Positions 1-11,103 of a stretch of DNA of 25,130 nucleotides are shown one piece after another. Source of the stretch: Bugula neritina. Lineage: Eukaryota > Animalia > Bryozoa. The position numbers and the translations under genes were made by a program. Location of the stretch: contig CAXIUT010000114.1 of NCBI GenBank assembly GCA_964035545.1, positions 1-25,130 of the forward strand, read 5' to 3'. Numbering within the stretch: the stretch's first letter is position 1; the number at the start of each line of letters is the position of its first letter. The notes under the pieces are model-generated. The model saw only the letters and a program-made list of their open reading frames with translations. It was not told where the DNA came from and did no database searches.

Positions 1-63
1 CCCAACCCCAACCCCAACCCCAACCCCAACCCCAACCCCAACCCCAACCCCAACCCCAACCCC
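1..63 (+). repeat. Left telomere (CCCCAA)n
   Basis: Perfect C4A2 repeats from base 1; Tetrahymena-type telomere repeat. Confidence 0.99.
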
Positions 64-180
64 ATAATTAATTACAATGAAATTGATATCAATATCAATA
101 GCCTATCTATTAATTAATAGTTGAAGAATTATTAAGAGATAATTAAATCTAAATCTATTACTTGATAGATAGATAAATAA

Positions 181-445
181 ATATATTAGTAGATGAATCA
201 ATATATTAGTAGATGAATGAATATATTAGTAGATGAATCAATATATTGGTATATGAATGAATATATTAACAGATGTATGAATATATTAGTAGATGAATCA
301 ATATATTGGTATATGAATGAATATATTGGTAGATGAATCAATATATTAGTAGATGAATCAATATATTGGTATATGAATGAATATATTAACAGATGTATGA
401 ATATATTAACAGATGAATGAATATATTAACAGATGAATCAATATA
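181..445. repeat. Subtelomeric 20-bp tandem array, about 13 copies
   Basis: Unit like ATATATTAGTAGATGAATCA in phase at 181, 201 ... 421, with TAGT/TGGT/TAAC variants. Degenerates after about 445. Confidence 0.93.
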
Positions 446-3400
446 GCGAGTAGATAGATTATATAGATTTATATAACTACTAGATGAATGAATGTAATTA
501 GATGAGTGAATATAATTAGTGGATCAATAAATATAATTAGATCAATGAGTTGTTAGCCCAAAAGAAAAGTTTCTAAAGAAGTTCATAGCAATCAAAACTA
601 TCTTAACTTTATAAAAAAGAATCACCTTTTCATGTACCTTTACCTTTAGTCAGACAATAAAACTTTTCATAGTTAACTAATTCTAAGCTCCAGTCTCCAA
701 GTAAACCCTAATACCATGGGAATGGAAGTGGTAATTTTTCTTATAAGAAAACAAGTTAGAAATAATAACTGTCAAAGCCGCCATCAAATAGAGTAATCCA
801 TGATTCTCTATCTAAATTTCAACTTAATTCCAATCAACTCAACCAGATAAGCTAGATTTATAGCATATAGAAAGGAAACAGTGCTTAGTCAACGACTATT
901 TATGATTCAGTTCTTAAAAAGAATAACGAGATAGCCAATAATTTAAATAAAAAGACAAAACATTCAAAGCATGAAGCAGCAAAAGAGTTACTGTTCCATT
1001 TGAATAAGAACAAATCTACCTAGCATAAAAAAATATAATTTAAATCAATCAACATAGACAGATACAGCTCTATCCCTGACTCTCCTTAACTCAACTTGAA
1101 ATTCCCAATGATTTAGAAAAAGACCTACGCAACTATTACAGGTGAACAATAAGATAGAGCTAATGATATAAATCTGAGATAGAGATTGAAGATCATATAG
1201 AAGAGATAGAAAAAAACCTAACTCTAGTCCGAAAGAAAAAATCAATAAAGAGAAAAGTAGAAATAATAGACAGATAAAAAATAAAGATCCCTATAGAATA
1301 AATTCAAAATTAGATAATAATTATATGGACTATTGCCCTCTTTTAAAACTCAAAACCTGCACTATTAGATCCTAAAAAAAAATAAATACTTCAACCCCAA
1401 TAGATATAAAAACCAATCAGATAAAACATAAAGTCCTCTCAAATAAATGCTCTAGGAGTATCTATAAAAAAACATCCTCGTTAAATGTTCATCTATCCAC
1501 ATCAAAAGTAAATAAAAGTAAATAAATGCCATTATCAATAGAGATATATTTGATGTGACTATGTTCGGAGATAAGTAGGATATATAGTTGAACGATAGTG
1601 CTAGAACCACCTAGCTCTTCATCAAGCCTGGTTCAGAAATAGACTCCTATGCCACAGTCTAAAACTCATAAATCGTCAAATAAGTGTAAATTAAAAATAG
1701 AGTAAAAAAACCACCCATCACTTAACTCAAATATGAAGGAGACCTATCCATCTACGAACTCAAAATCAGATATTTCAGATAATTTCTATTTATGGTTAAT
1801 TTGACCCATCGAGTTTTTGATCCAATTCTACTCAAAGAAGCTAACTCTCTCAAACATTAAAATAAATACAAATTCTACCTAGGAAAAGGAAATAACTATC
1901 TTCTCATAAAGTCTCTTCTAAAAAGAAGATTCTGGTGGACATCAGAAGAAGACCCTAAAAAGTCTAACTTTGTGTGGACTCAACTCAAAGTCAACTACAT
2001 CTATCAACTTCAAAAAAGAAGTTAAAACTATCATACTTACTTCAAACTTGACAAAGCTATATCAAGTCCCTCATCATCTCCTAAAAAAAGAAAAAAGAAA
2101 AATCAAATATAAAACAAACAGCCTAATAAAATAAGTATCTATAAAGCTCCTCTGCCTACAAATGATAAAAAAATATTTACTAATTCAGATAAAAAATATT
2201 ATGACTAGTTCCTTGAAAAAGCAGGTAATCCTTAAAAACTCCTCAAATTCACCAACAGACTAAAATACTTCTAATAAAACTTCTTCATTAAACATAGAAC
2301 CGAAGATATCTCTAACTAAAAAGTTCATAACCATCTATAATTCAACTATTTTATTGGAAACAAAAAAGCTCTCTTCTATAATCTTAAACAATACTACTAG
2401 CTTCAAAAAAAAAATGTTTTTGAAGTCATTCCTTTGACTTTCCATATCAAAAACGGACTCTCAGATCCTCAGTACTAACTCTTCATCAAAGAATTCAAAA
2501 ATACAAAGCAGCAGCCCTCGAAACACAGCAAAAACAATGTTTGGATCGTAAAACCTGGAGAACTATCCAACAGAGGACAAGGAATAACAGTCATTGACGA
2601 GATATATGAACTCAATAACATCATAAAAAAGAAATAAAAACACTTTAACGGACTATAAAAGACATATATCGTTCAGAAATATATAGAAAGGCCTTTACTT
2701 TACAAGGGGAGGAAGTTTGATATAAGACATTTTATGATGGTTAGTAGACTTCATGGTATTATGAGAGCCTATTGGTTCGGTGAAGGCTATATCCGCACTT
2801 CATCCTATGACTACAACATCGATTAAGTGGGAGATTAAATGATCCATCTCACCAACGATGCTATTCAAAAATATTCTTAAGGATATGGCAAATATGAGTA
2901 AGGCAATAAGGTATCTTACAGCTAGTTTCAGAGATATATGGATTCTAGCCATGGATAAGGAAAGTTCAGCTTTAGTGAGATGATTTATCCTCGAATGAAA
3001 GAAATTGGCTTAGACTCAATCAAGTCAACTTACCTCCAGTTAGATCCCAACAACACATAGCATAATTTTTAAATATTTGGACTCGATTTCATGATAGACA
3101 GTAACTACAAAGTATGGCTCATAGAAGTTAATACTAATCCTTGTCTATAACTCAGTAGCAAACTGCTTAACAGAATAATACCTACCATGCTAGAACAGAC
3201 GATGAGACTTACTCTTGATGTCATCTATCCTCCTCCTACACACTACATCAACTCACAAAAATACCTAGCTCCTGATAGTCCACTCTAAAGGTTGCAGTAC
3301 TAGCTTATCTTTGACGAGAGCAGAGATGGAAAAGCTATCTAATAACTCTATACCAATGTAAAACTGCTAGATATGGGCAAAGTTGATTAAGAAGATTAAA

Positions 3401-3450
3401 CCTATTAAAATGATGGAAAATAAATTTAACTTGATAACGATATTAATTGA
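433..3450 (+). CDS. Tubulin-tyrosine-ligase-like (TTLL) family protein, about 1005 aa, no intron needed; start may be 433, 484 or 502
   Basis: One frame open to TGA 3448-3450 with TAR=Glu. Motifs GKGNN..KRRFWW, HNHLEFN..GNKKALF, WIVKPGELSNRG, YIVQKYIERPLLYKGRKFDIR, IHLTNDAIQK, FEIFGLDFMID, LIEVNTNPCLE. Confidence 0.93.
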
Positions 3451-4400
3451 TTTTGTCTTCATTTTCTTTTTAATTAAGAAATCTATTATCACTTACTCTC
3501 AACATAGATTTACTAACATCCCTTTATTTCTTTCTTTTAAGATAACGATATTAATTGATTTTGTCTTCATTTTCTTTTTAATTAAGAAATCTATTATCAC
3601 TTACTCTCAACATAGATTTACTAACATCCCTTTATTTCTTTCTTTTAAGATAACGATATTAATTGATTTTGTCTTCATTTTCTTTTTAATTAAGAAATCT
3701 ATTATCACTTACTCTCAACATAGATTTACTAACATCCCTTTATTTCTTTCTTTTAAGATAACGATATTAATTGATTTTGTCTTCATTTTCTTTTTAATTA
3801 AGAAATCTATTATCACTTACTCTCAACATAGATTTACTAACATCCCTTTATTCCATTCTTTTAAGATAACGATATTAATTGATTTTGTCTTCATTTTCTT
3901 TTTAATTAAGAAATCTATTATCACTTACTCTCAACATAGATTTACTAACATCCCTTTATTCCATTCTTTTAAGATAACGATATTAATTGATTTTGTCTTC
4001 ATTTTCTTTTTAATTAAGAAATCTATTATCACTTACTCTCAACATAGATTTACTAACATCCCTTTATTTCTTTCTTTTAAGATAACGATATTAATTGATT
4101 TTGTCTTCATTTTCTTTTTAATTAAGAAATCTATTATCACTTACTATCAACATAGATTTACTAACATCCCTTTATTTCTTTCTTTTAAGATAACGATATT
4201 AATTGATTTTGTCTTCATTTTCTTTTTAATTAAGAAATCTATTATCACTTACTATCAACATAGATTTACTAACATCCCTTTATTTCTTTCTTTTAAGATA
4301 ACGATATTAATTGATTTTGTCTTCATTTTCTTTTTAATTAAGAAGTCTATTATCACTTACTCTCAACATAGATTTACTAACATCCCTTTATTCCATTCTT
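3433..4400. repeat. 108-bp tandem array, 9 near-identical copies, starting in the last codons of the TTLL gene
   Basis: Unit starts at 3433, 3541, 3649 ... 4297. Variants: TTCCATT in copies 4, 5 and 9; TACTAT in copies 7 and 8. Confidence 0.97.
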
Positions 4401-4527
4401 ATTTTAAGTATTCTTTTGAGATACATCTTCTTTTATACTAAGTATTTTTTACACTAATTATTTCAACTTTTAAGATTTCTTGATGTTTATAATTAAGAAC
4501 AAATAAACTAATAAATAATTTAATACT

Positions 4528-5504
4528 ATGTAAGAATAGTTTCCTAATGATTTCGACAGTTAACAACATAAAATGATCTAGAATAGCTTTTAATCTTCAA
4601 CCAATAATTATATATAAATGATAGTTATCATAAATAAAATTTAAATCATAGAATAATATTATTTCTTAAAGAAATGTTCAAAGCAGTCGAGAATACCCAA
4701 CAATTCCTATCTTTCGGTCATCACCAAACTAAAAGTCAAGCTATCAGCGAGCAACTTCCCTCTTTTCATAAAAAATAAAAGAAAATTAGGTTCAGCTAGC
4801 TTTAAAACAATCCTTCTTTTCTCTAGTAAAAAGTAAATAAAAATAAATGCACAGTTTTAAAACTCATCGGCAATAAATAATAAAACATATAAGCAATGGT
4901 CAACTAGTTTGGATGCAAATGCGGATGGAAGTCGTAATTCAAAAACATCCTCAATCTTCTCATCAATAAAATATATCGACTCAGAAACGAAAGAAATCAA
5001 CTCAAATCACGACTATCATCCTACACACAAAACCAATAAACAAAAAATACAAAAGATATAGGCACCTATACCCATCCTCTCATCTCAAATAATCAATAAA
5101 TGCTAGAAAATTATATCAAAAACAATAATCAAGAGTAAAATATAAACAAATAAACATTTTCTATGAACACTCATAAAATATAGTAATTTTTTGAAGATAC
5201 TCCTGTCCTCAGACTATCTGACAGGTTCAATTAAACCAACCTACTAGAAAGCCTACCTTCACATCGACTACCAACCGACTCCAAGTCATAAAACTAACTA
5301 GAAATCTCTTCAGAATCATCATCAACCATCAATGTCCTCCGATAATACACACAAAATTCATAAAAAAGAGTTTAAAATATAAGTCATCTCCTAAAAAGCA
5401 ATAAAATAAACCTTAACACTCTCTAAAACCATATAGAAAAAGTACATTGCATCAAACAACTTTAAAAATACGACCAAAATAAAAGAAATCGTATTCTCTT
5501 CTGA
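4528..5504 (+). CDS. Hypothetical protein; core ORF 4674-5504, possible 5' exon from 4528 via a 23-nt intron at 4559-4581
   Basis: Frame open under TAR=Glu to TGA 5502-5504. The spliced start reads MEEEFPNDFDKELLIFNQELY...FLKEMFKAV. No family recognised, and the 5' structure is inferred. Confidence 0.6.
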
Positions 5505-5585
5505 TTTATATATATAACCATTTCAGTACTTCTTTTAAATTTGCATTTTATGCTATCATTTGTTGATTTATATCACTTGATCATT

Positions 5586-5708
5586 TAAGGATCTATAAAA
5601 GGTAATTAAGGATCTATAAAATGTAATTAATGATCTATAAAAGGTAATTAATGATCTATAAAAGGTAATTAATGATCTATAAAAGGTAATTTAAGGATCT
5701 TATAAAAA
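5586..5708. repeat. 21-bp tandem array, about 5.5 copies, just upstream of SNRNP27
   Basis: Unit TAA(G/T)GATCTATAAAAGGTAAT; ends about 8 nt before ATG 5716. Confidence 0.9.
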
Positions 5709-5715
5709 TCTTTAA

Positions 5716-6102
5716 ATGAGCTAACAAACAAAAAAACAATAAGAAAGAAGATTAAAATTAGCAAAACTAGCATAAATACACGATAGCTCTGACAACTCCA
5801 ACAGTCGCTCCCGATCCAGAGACAACTAAGCAAAATAAAAGCACTCCTCATCACCAAATAACAAATCAAAATAAAAAGAAGAAAAATTAAATCAAGAATA
5901 AAGCTAATAAGAACCTAACTAATATGTAGACTAGGATCAGATGGCTAAGATGATGGGCTTTTCTAGTTTTTCTTCAACTAAGAATAAAGACCACAACAAA
6001 AGTTCCCAATAAGGAGTTTTCAAAAACAGCAAAATGCGTCGATAGTATCGACAATATATGAATCGAAGGGGAGGATTTGATAGAAAACTTGATAAAATAT
6101 GA
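5716..6102 (+). CDS. SNRNP27: U4/U6.U5 tri-snRNP 27 kDa protein, 128 aa
   Basis: C-terminal MAKMMGFSSFSSTKNK...RREYRQYMNRRGGFDRKLD matches the family signature; short SRSRSR tract. Confidence 0.9.
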
Positions 6103-6111
6103 TAAAGACAA

Positions 6112-7661
6112 TCAGTGAGGTCTGTTATGTTCAAACTCATCATTCCTAATTAAAGATTCCAGCATATTAGCAGACTGTATCCGCTAGTAGAAAGGAGCCG
6201 TCTGAGATTTCGACTTCTTCCGGTTGTACTCTTTAGAGGCCTGATGCCAGCTAAACTACTTGTCCATAGTTATCACTGGCAAGTACTCTTCCTCTCGATC
6301 CACCATTATCCCCTTGCTCTTAAATAAATTGTTGATAAAAAGGTCACACAATTCTTTCTCAAAAACATAGCAAGCCTAGTTATTTCTCATTTGCACATCG
6401 ACTGGACTCCAGTAGCTCATCAGTCTGGTTTTTGTTGTCATTGCTTGGGGTATAGTAGACATGCTGTCTGCAGATTTAAGTACTTTAGTGACTTTGTCTA
6501 CATTAAATATGAGACTATTCATCCAGACAGGACTTTACTGGATCTTTTCTAAGTTGTTAGTTCTTTTTTTGCTATTGTAATTGGCAATAGTAGTTAAATC
6601 CTGGATAGTATCTGCCTTTGAAAATCCATTTTGTTCTACTACTCTCCTAAAGATTTTATCTTTTTGATTTTAGGCGTAGGTACACTTATACATTAAATCG
6701 AAGTCTTCTTTATTTACATCAAAAAGTCCTATCATGTAAGGATCTACTACCATTTCCAACATGTTTTAACAGTCTGCACAACAGACGTATTATATTTTAT
6801 CAATTTTGAGTTTTTATAAGATTCCAACTCCTTTAATTGAGGCCTGATAGAAATCTCCAGAGCCATTAGGCATGGTCAATAAATCTGCAGAATCTTTGTT
6901 TTTCAAGCAGACACTTCCGTTGAGATTAAGTACTGGATAATTGTTCTGCATGCAGCATTGAATTTTATCTCCATATTTATATTTTTTTAGAAACTGATTA
7001 ACTTTATCAGCATTACTATTGTTATAGTAGACATAGGTATTAGGAAACTCATATTTGTTTCCTATTTCTTAAAGCCTTTTCATCATTATTTCAAACAGAC
7101 ACAAGTCATGAGGTTGTTCTTTATAAAACTATTTGTTGAACTCTTCTTCACTTTTAGTTGAAGAACTACCCACAAATAATATCACTCCCACTATATAAAC
7201 TACTCCTTACCTCTTTTCTTTACTAAAATATCTTACCCCAACTGACTCAACTTCCTTAACTGCTCAACATCGTTTATATTGTACTTCTGATGTAGGTTGA
7301 TTTTTTAAAATTGTTGTTATTAATCATTCCTGTTTATTTTTTTTTTAATTAGGTTTTGAAACAACTGTATTAATCACGAACTACGAGATCCAGGTTTTAA
7401 AAAGTTATGTTTTTCCATTTTTACAGATAATTAAATTTAGTCCGTTTGTCTGTACATCTTCTTAAGTGGTCCAATAACTGTTTGTGCTAGTATAAACTTA
7501 TTTTAGCTATTACTAATCGCATCCAAGGAAAACAGTCTTACTTCTACCCACATATTTCGTTTTCTAAACAACTAATACATACACTTTATAAAAACTGAGG
7601 CCTCCTCTAACAACTAAGACTCAGATTTCTTGCCCACACTACTCACAGGCTACTGTCCCAT
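6112..7661 (-). CDS. Divergent UDP-N-acetylglucosamine pyrophosphorylase (UAP1)/UDPGP-family protein, about 496 aa, 3 introns
   Basis: After splicing 7564-7582, 7365-7384 and 7191-7210: LGEDILVKKRVGVILFVG, CLFEIMMKRL, QNNYPVLNLNG..MPNGSGDFY, ENMLEMVVDPYMIG, VFEKELCDLF, VDREEEYLP, in the same order as UAP1. Confidence 0.75.
7191..7210 (-). other. 20-nt intron GTAAGGAGTAGTTTATATAG (UAP-like)
   Basis: Joins LGEDILVKKR to VGVILFVG, as expected for the first strand of UAP1. Confidence 0.85.
7365..7384 (-). other. 20-nt intron GTAGTTCGTGATTAATACAG (UAP-like)
   Basis: Restores the frame (ENLDL|LFQNL) and removes a TGA. Confidence 0.75.
7564..7582 (-). other. 19-nt intron GTATGTATTAGTTGTTTAG (UAP-like)
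   Basis: GT..AG; joins ATG 7661 to the next open frame. Confidence 0.6.
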
Positions 7662-7847
7662 CAATATTATAATCAATCATTTCAAATTATATTACCAATA
7701 TTTACCATTAACTATTCACCTAGCTATTTTCATTTACACTATTATCTATCTATTATTTACCATTAACTATCTATCTAGTATCTTTTAAAAGCCAAATCAG
7801 TAGAACAGATATGATAGGGATAGGTAATTAGATATTATTATATTTAA

Positions 7848-9872
7848 ATGTAAGAAGAAGAACAGGAATAGAAATAAACCATCAGTAAAATAGAATCTAT
7901 CGTCAACTTTAAAGAACTCTACTATCAAGAAAGAGATAGAAGAATTTAACTAGAAAAACAACTATAAGCCTAAAAAATAAAAGTAAAAAAATTAATGTCC
8001 ACCAACTCTAAATCAAAAGCTAGATATTGTGCCTATTGTTCTACTCACCTTTCCTCAAAAAAATAAATGTCAAAAGATGAAGGAGTAGTCCTCTCATAAC
8101 TAAAAGGCTTCTCATAAAAAATGGAAAGCATGAAGTTTCCTTCCCTTAAGAAATAACTCACTTAACCCAGCATCATCTCTAAGATTTAATAAGGACCCAA
8201 CAAAAAGAAACATGTAGGAATGATATAAAACTTTACAGTCTTCGGAATCAAAGAATCTGTGATTGATGAATATGTTCTTGAAAGTGGAGTAATCAACGAA
8301 TTTGAAGGATAAATTCTCTACTCCAAAAACTAGTAAAACTAAAGCGAACTATTAGCTCCAAAACTAGTATTTCCATCAGGCATGGTCATCAAAAAATGCA
8401 GTAGTTTGAAAGCCAAAGAGAAAACTATTGAGCTAATGTCCTACTGCTATACTAACCTCAAATGCTTCCTCCTTAACTTTGAATGTCAAGACCCTCACTT
8501 TGTATAGCATCACTACAACAATGATCTTCTTAATTACATCAATCCAGAGCATAGGCTTTTCTGTATTTGCATCGGTATACACGATTACACCAATATTTAA
8601 AACAAAAAAGATAAAATAAACGTCTCTTTGGGCAATATCTAAAACTCGAATGGATCTTTTCCCAGTTTATAGTCAGATAAAATCAAAAGCGAAGGTCACT
8701 AAAACCCAAACTCGCACAACAAAGATTCAGCTAAATCTATAGACCTAGTTCTTTAAAACCTCAATGACGTGCAAATAGGAATCACCCAAAGAGTCTATTG
8801 TATCATGACTTATTATCCTTTTTTCAGTTTTTTTGAATAAATTCTTAGAAGTCTCATCAATATCGTCAAGATGGAAAGACTAGCTATCTACAAGCATAAT
8901 AACTAAAACATCAAACTCACCATCAAACAAACTGACTCCAAGTTTCAAAATGAAAGAATGGTGACGCTACTAAATGACTGTCTCAGAGATCTAGAATTCA
9001 AAAAGGTCAATTTCAACAAATAGTATGAACTCAGACTTATTAACCAACAAAAAATAACCATGCTGACCTACTGGGATGAAGCCAAAACCTTCTTCACAAG
9101 AGAGTGGATTTATTCAATAGTCAGCATGTTCAATTTTGAAACATTCATAGAACTCTTTACTCTTATTATGCTCGAAGACAGAGTAGTTTTCATCTGCTAA
9201 AACTCTCATATCCTTACTCATGCCATCTTCCTCTTCTCTCATATTCTCCTTCAACCTCTCAACTATCCCTTCCCAGTAGTAAACATCATCCCTCGTCAGA
9301 AAAAAGAAGAAAACAACGATTACCTTAATGCTCCTTTTCCAGTAGTGTATGGTCTTCTAAAGAAGAAGAAATCTCAGGAAGACAAAAATATAATAGAAGA
9401 CTATGATATGACCTATGTGTTTCTTAGTCCCGAGAAAGTAGATATCTATTACCGCTAAGATAGAAAGAAAATACTAAACAATAGATCAACCAAACTTATG
9501 AACCACAAAGAACTGAAAGATATTTTTAAAGATTTAAAGAAAACAAGAAAGAAATAACCTAAATCTATTAAATACGAACTCTAGTCGACTGACTACTGCA
9601 TCGTGGCAAACATCGAATAGAAGGAGAAAGGTCTCAGAATAGTGTCGATAGTTAATCAATTTGTCAGCTAGGAGATAGTTAAAAAACTGCCTTCAACAAT
9701 TGAGATATAAAACATAAAGAAAAAGATAGATAGCAAAGATTTACTCGAACAGAAAGATTAAACAACATATATTATGAACTTAATTATGAATGACTTCAAA
9801 AAAACTAATAAAGATCCCTTCGTACTCGCACTCCTCAACACACAAATCATCAACAACCATCTCTTCATATGA
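7848..9872 (+). CDS. DENN-domain protein (putative Rab GEF), 674 aa
   Basis: Start and stop in the same frame. uDENN-like LVFPSG and VYCIMTYYPFFSFFE; DENN core LIMLEDRVVFICENSHILT..LLQPLNYPFPVVNIIP..DYLNAPFPVVYGL. Confidence 0.85.
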
Positions 9873-9934
9873 TCGTGTATCTTTAAAATCTAATTCTGTC
9901 TTTTATTAACACTCATTCTGTAGAACCAATTCCT

Positions 9935-10130
9935 TATTTAATTAACTATCTAATCAAGACAAATCTGTATTTAATTAACTATCTAATCAAGACAAATCTG
10001 TATTTAATTAACTATCTAATCAAGACAAATCTGTATTTAATTAACTATCTAATCAAGACAAATCTGTATTTAATTAACTATCTAATCAAGACAAATCTGT
10101 ATTTAATTAACTATCTAATCAAGACAAATC
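9935..10130. repeat. 33-bp tandem array, 6 copies, containing the stop codon of the minus-strand gene 10119-10931
   Basis: Unit TATTTAATTAACTATCTAATCAAGACAAATCTG; CAAGAC ends at 9960, 9993 ... 10125. Confidence 0.97.
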
Positions 10131-10931
10131 CCAAAATCTGAAAGGAAGCTTTCGACTATTGACATTTTCATTCACAACTACTCCTTCCTAACTAAAAGTA
10201 ACTCCATGATCTTTCTTTTCCTTATTTTCAATTCTAATCTTGCTCTCTTCTCCTTCTCTCTTTTTCTTCTGAGGAACATAGCCCTTGTCTAACATATCCA
10301 CATCAAACTACAAAGGTTTAGGCTTTAGCCTCTCGCTATCTATCTAAAAATATTATTCATCTTTCCTATCTGCCATGAACTATCCACATAAAGGTCTTCC
10401 ACATTTTTGCTGAAAATTCTATTTCAGGGTTCTATATTGTGCAGAATGTCCTCGAAGTTCCTTTCCCTTACCTATACTATTTTTATTTGATTCTTTTGGT
10501 TTGTTTATGCGTTTATCATTTTGATGGGTTGGTTTTACAACTTTTTTCTTTTCTTCTGCTTTTCTGATCTGTTCTTCTTTTCTATGTTTTTCTTCCATTT
10601 TCTTCTTTTTGTGCATTGACTCGATTATTTACTAGTCATTTTATTCAAATCTATTACTATCATCTCTACCATCGTTATCTGGATCTGAATAGGTGTAATA
10701 GGCTTGATTGATCATTTTTTGAGGCTCTTCATTGATAAAGTTACTTTCAGCTAGTTCTTGCTGAGGCAAAGGTTCAATATTTCCAGATTTAGTTCCCTTG
10801 ATGGGCTAGTTGTCGTTCAAAGAGTGAATGAGTTGTTTGTTAGGAAGAGGATTAGTATGAGCTGAATTAGATTTTGCTATTGAGAATTGATTGTTAGTAG
10901 TAGATATCACAACTCCCCTTTTTTTACTCAT
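10119..10931 (-). CDS. Hypothetical charged, probably disordered protein, 270 aa, ending SRKLPFRFWDLS
   Basis: Single frame from ATG 10931 to TGA 10121-10119 under TAR=Glu; includes supplied ORF 10419-10616. Confidence 0.75.
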
Positions 10932-11103
10932 TTTTCTTATATATTAACTATCAATAATCAATATAATCTAATAGTTCATTTGACAATAAATACCTCACTA
11001 GCTATCAATCATATTACTATTCTCATTTAAAACATAAGATCTTGAGAAACATTTCAATGAAGAGTATTTGAATGATAAATTAAATCTTTGATTATAATAG
11101 TTG

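Noticed and set aside
3383-4441. 352-aa repetitive membrane-like ORF in the supplied track
   Set aside because: It is a translation of the 108-bp array (a multiple of 3) and overlaps the TTLL 3' end in another frame; nothing else supports it.
7260-7680. In-frame TGAs in the UAP-like 5' region suggesting TGA=Trp readthrough
   Set aside because: Three 19-20-nt introns explain them and restore family motifs. Conserved Trp sites elsewhere use TGG.
7699-7770. 17-bp direct repeat TATTTACCATTAACTAT (7699-7715, 7754-7770) in the divergent UAP/DENN spacer
   Set aside because: Only two AT-rich copies; no evidence for a regulatory or mobile-element role.
3433-10130. CRISPR interpretation of the 108-, 33-, 21- and 20-bp arrays
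   Set aside because: Units are head-to-tail with no unique spacers, there are no cas genes, and the context is eukaryotic.
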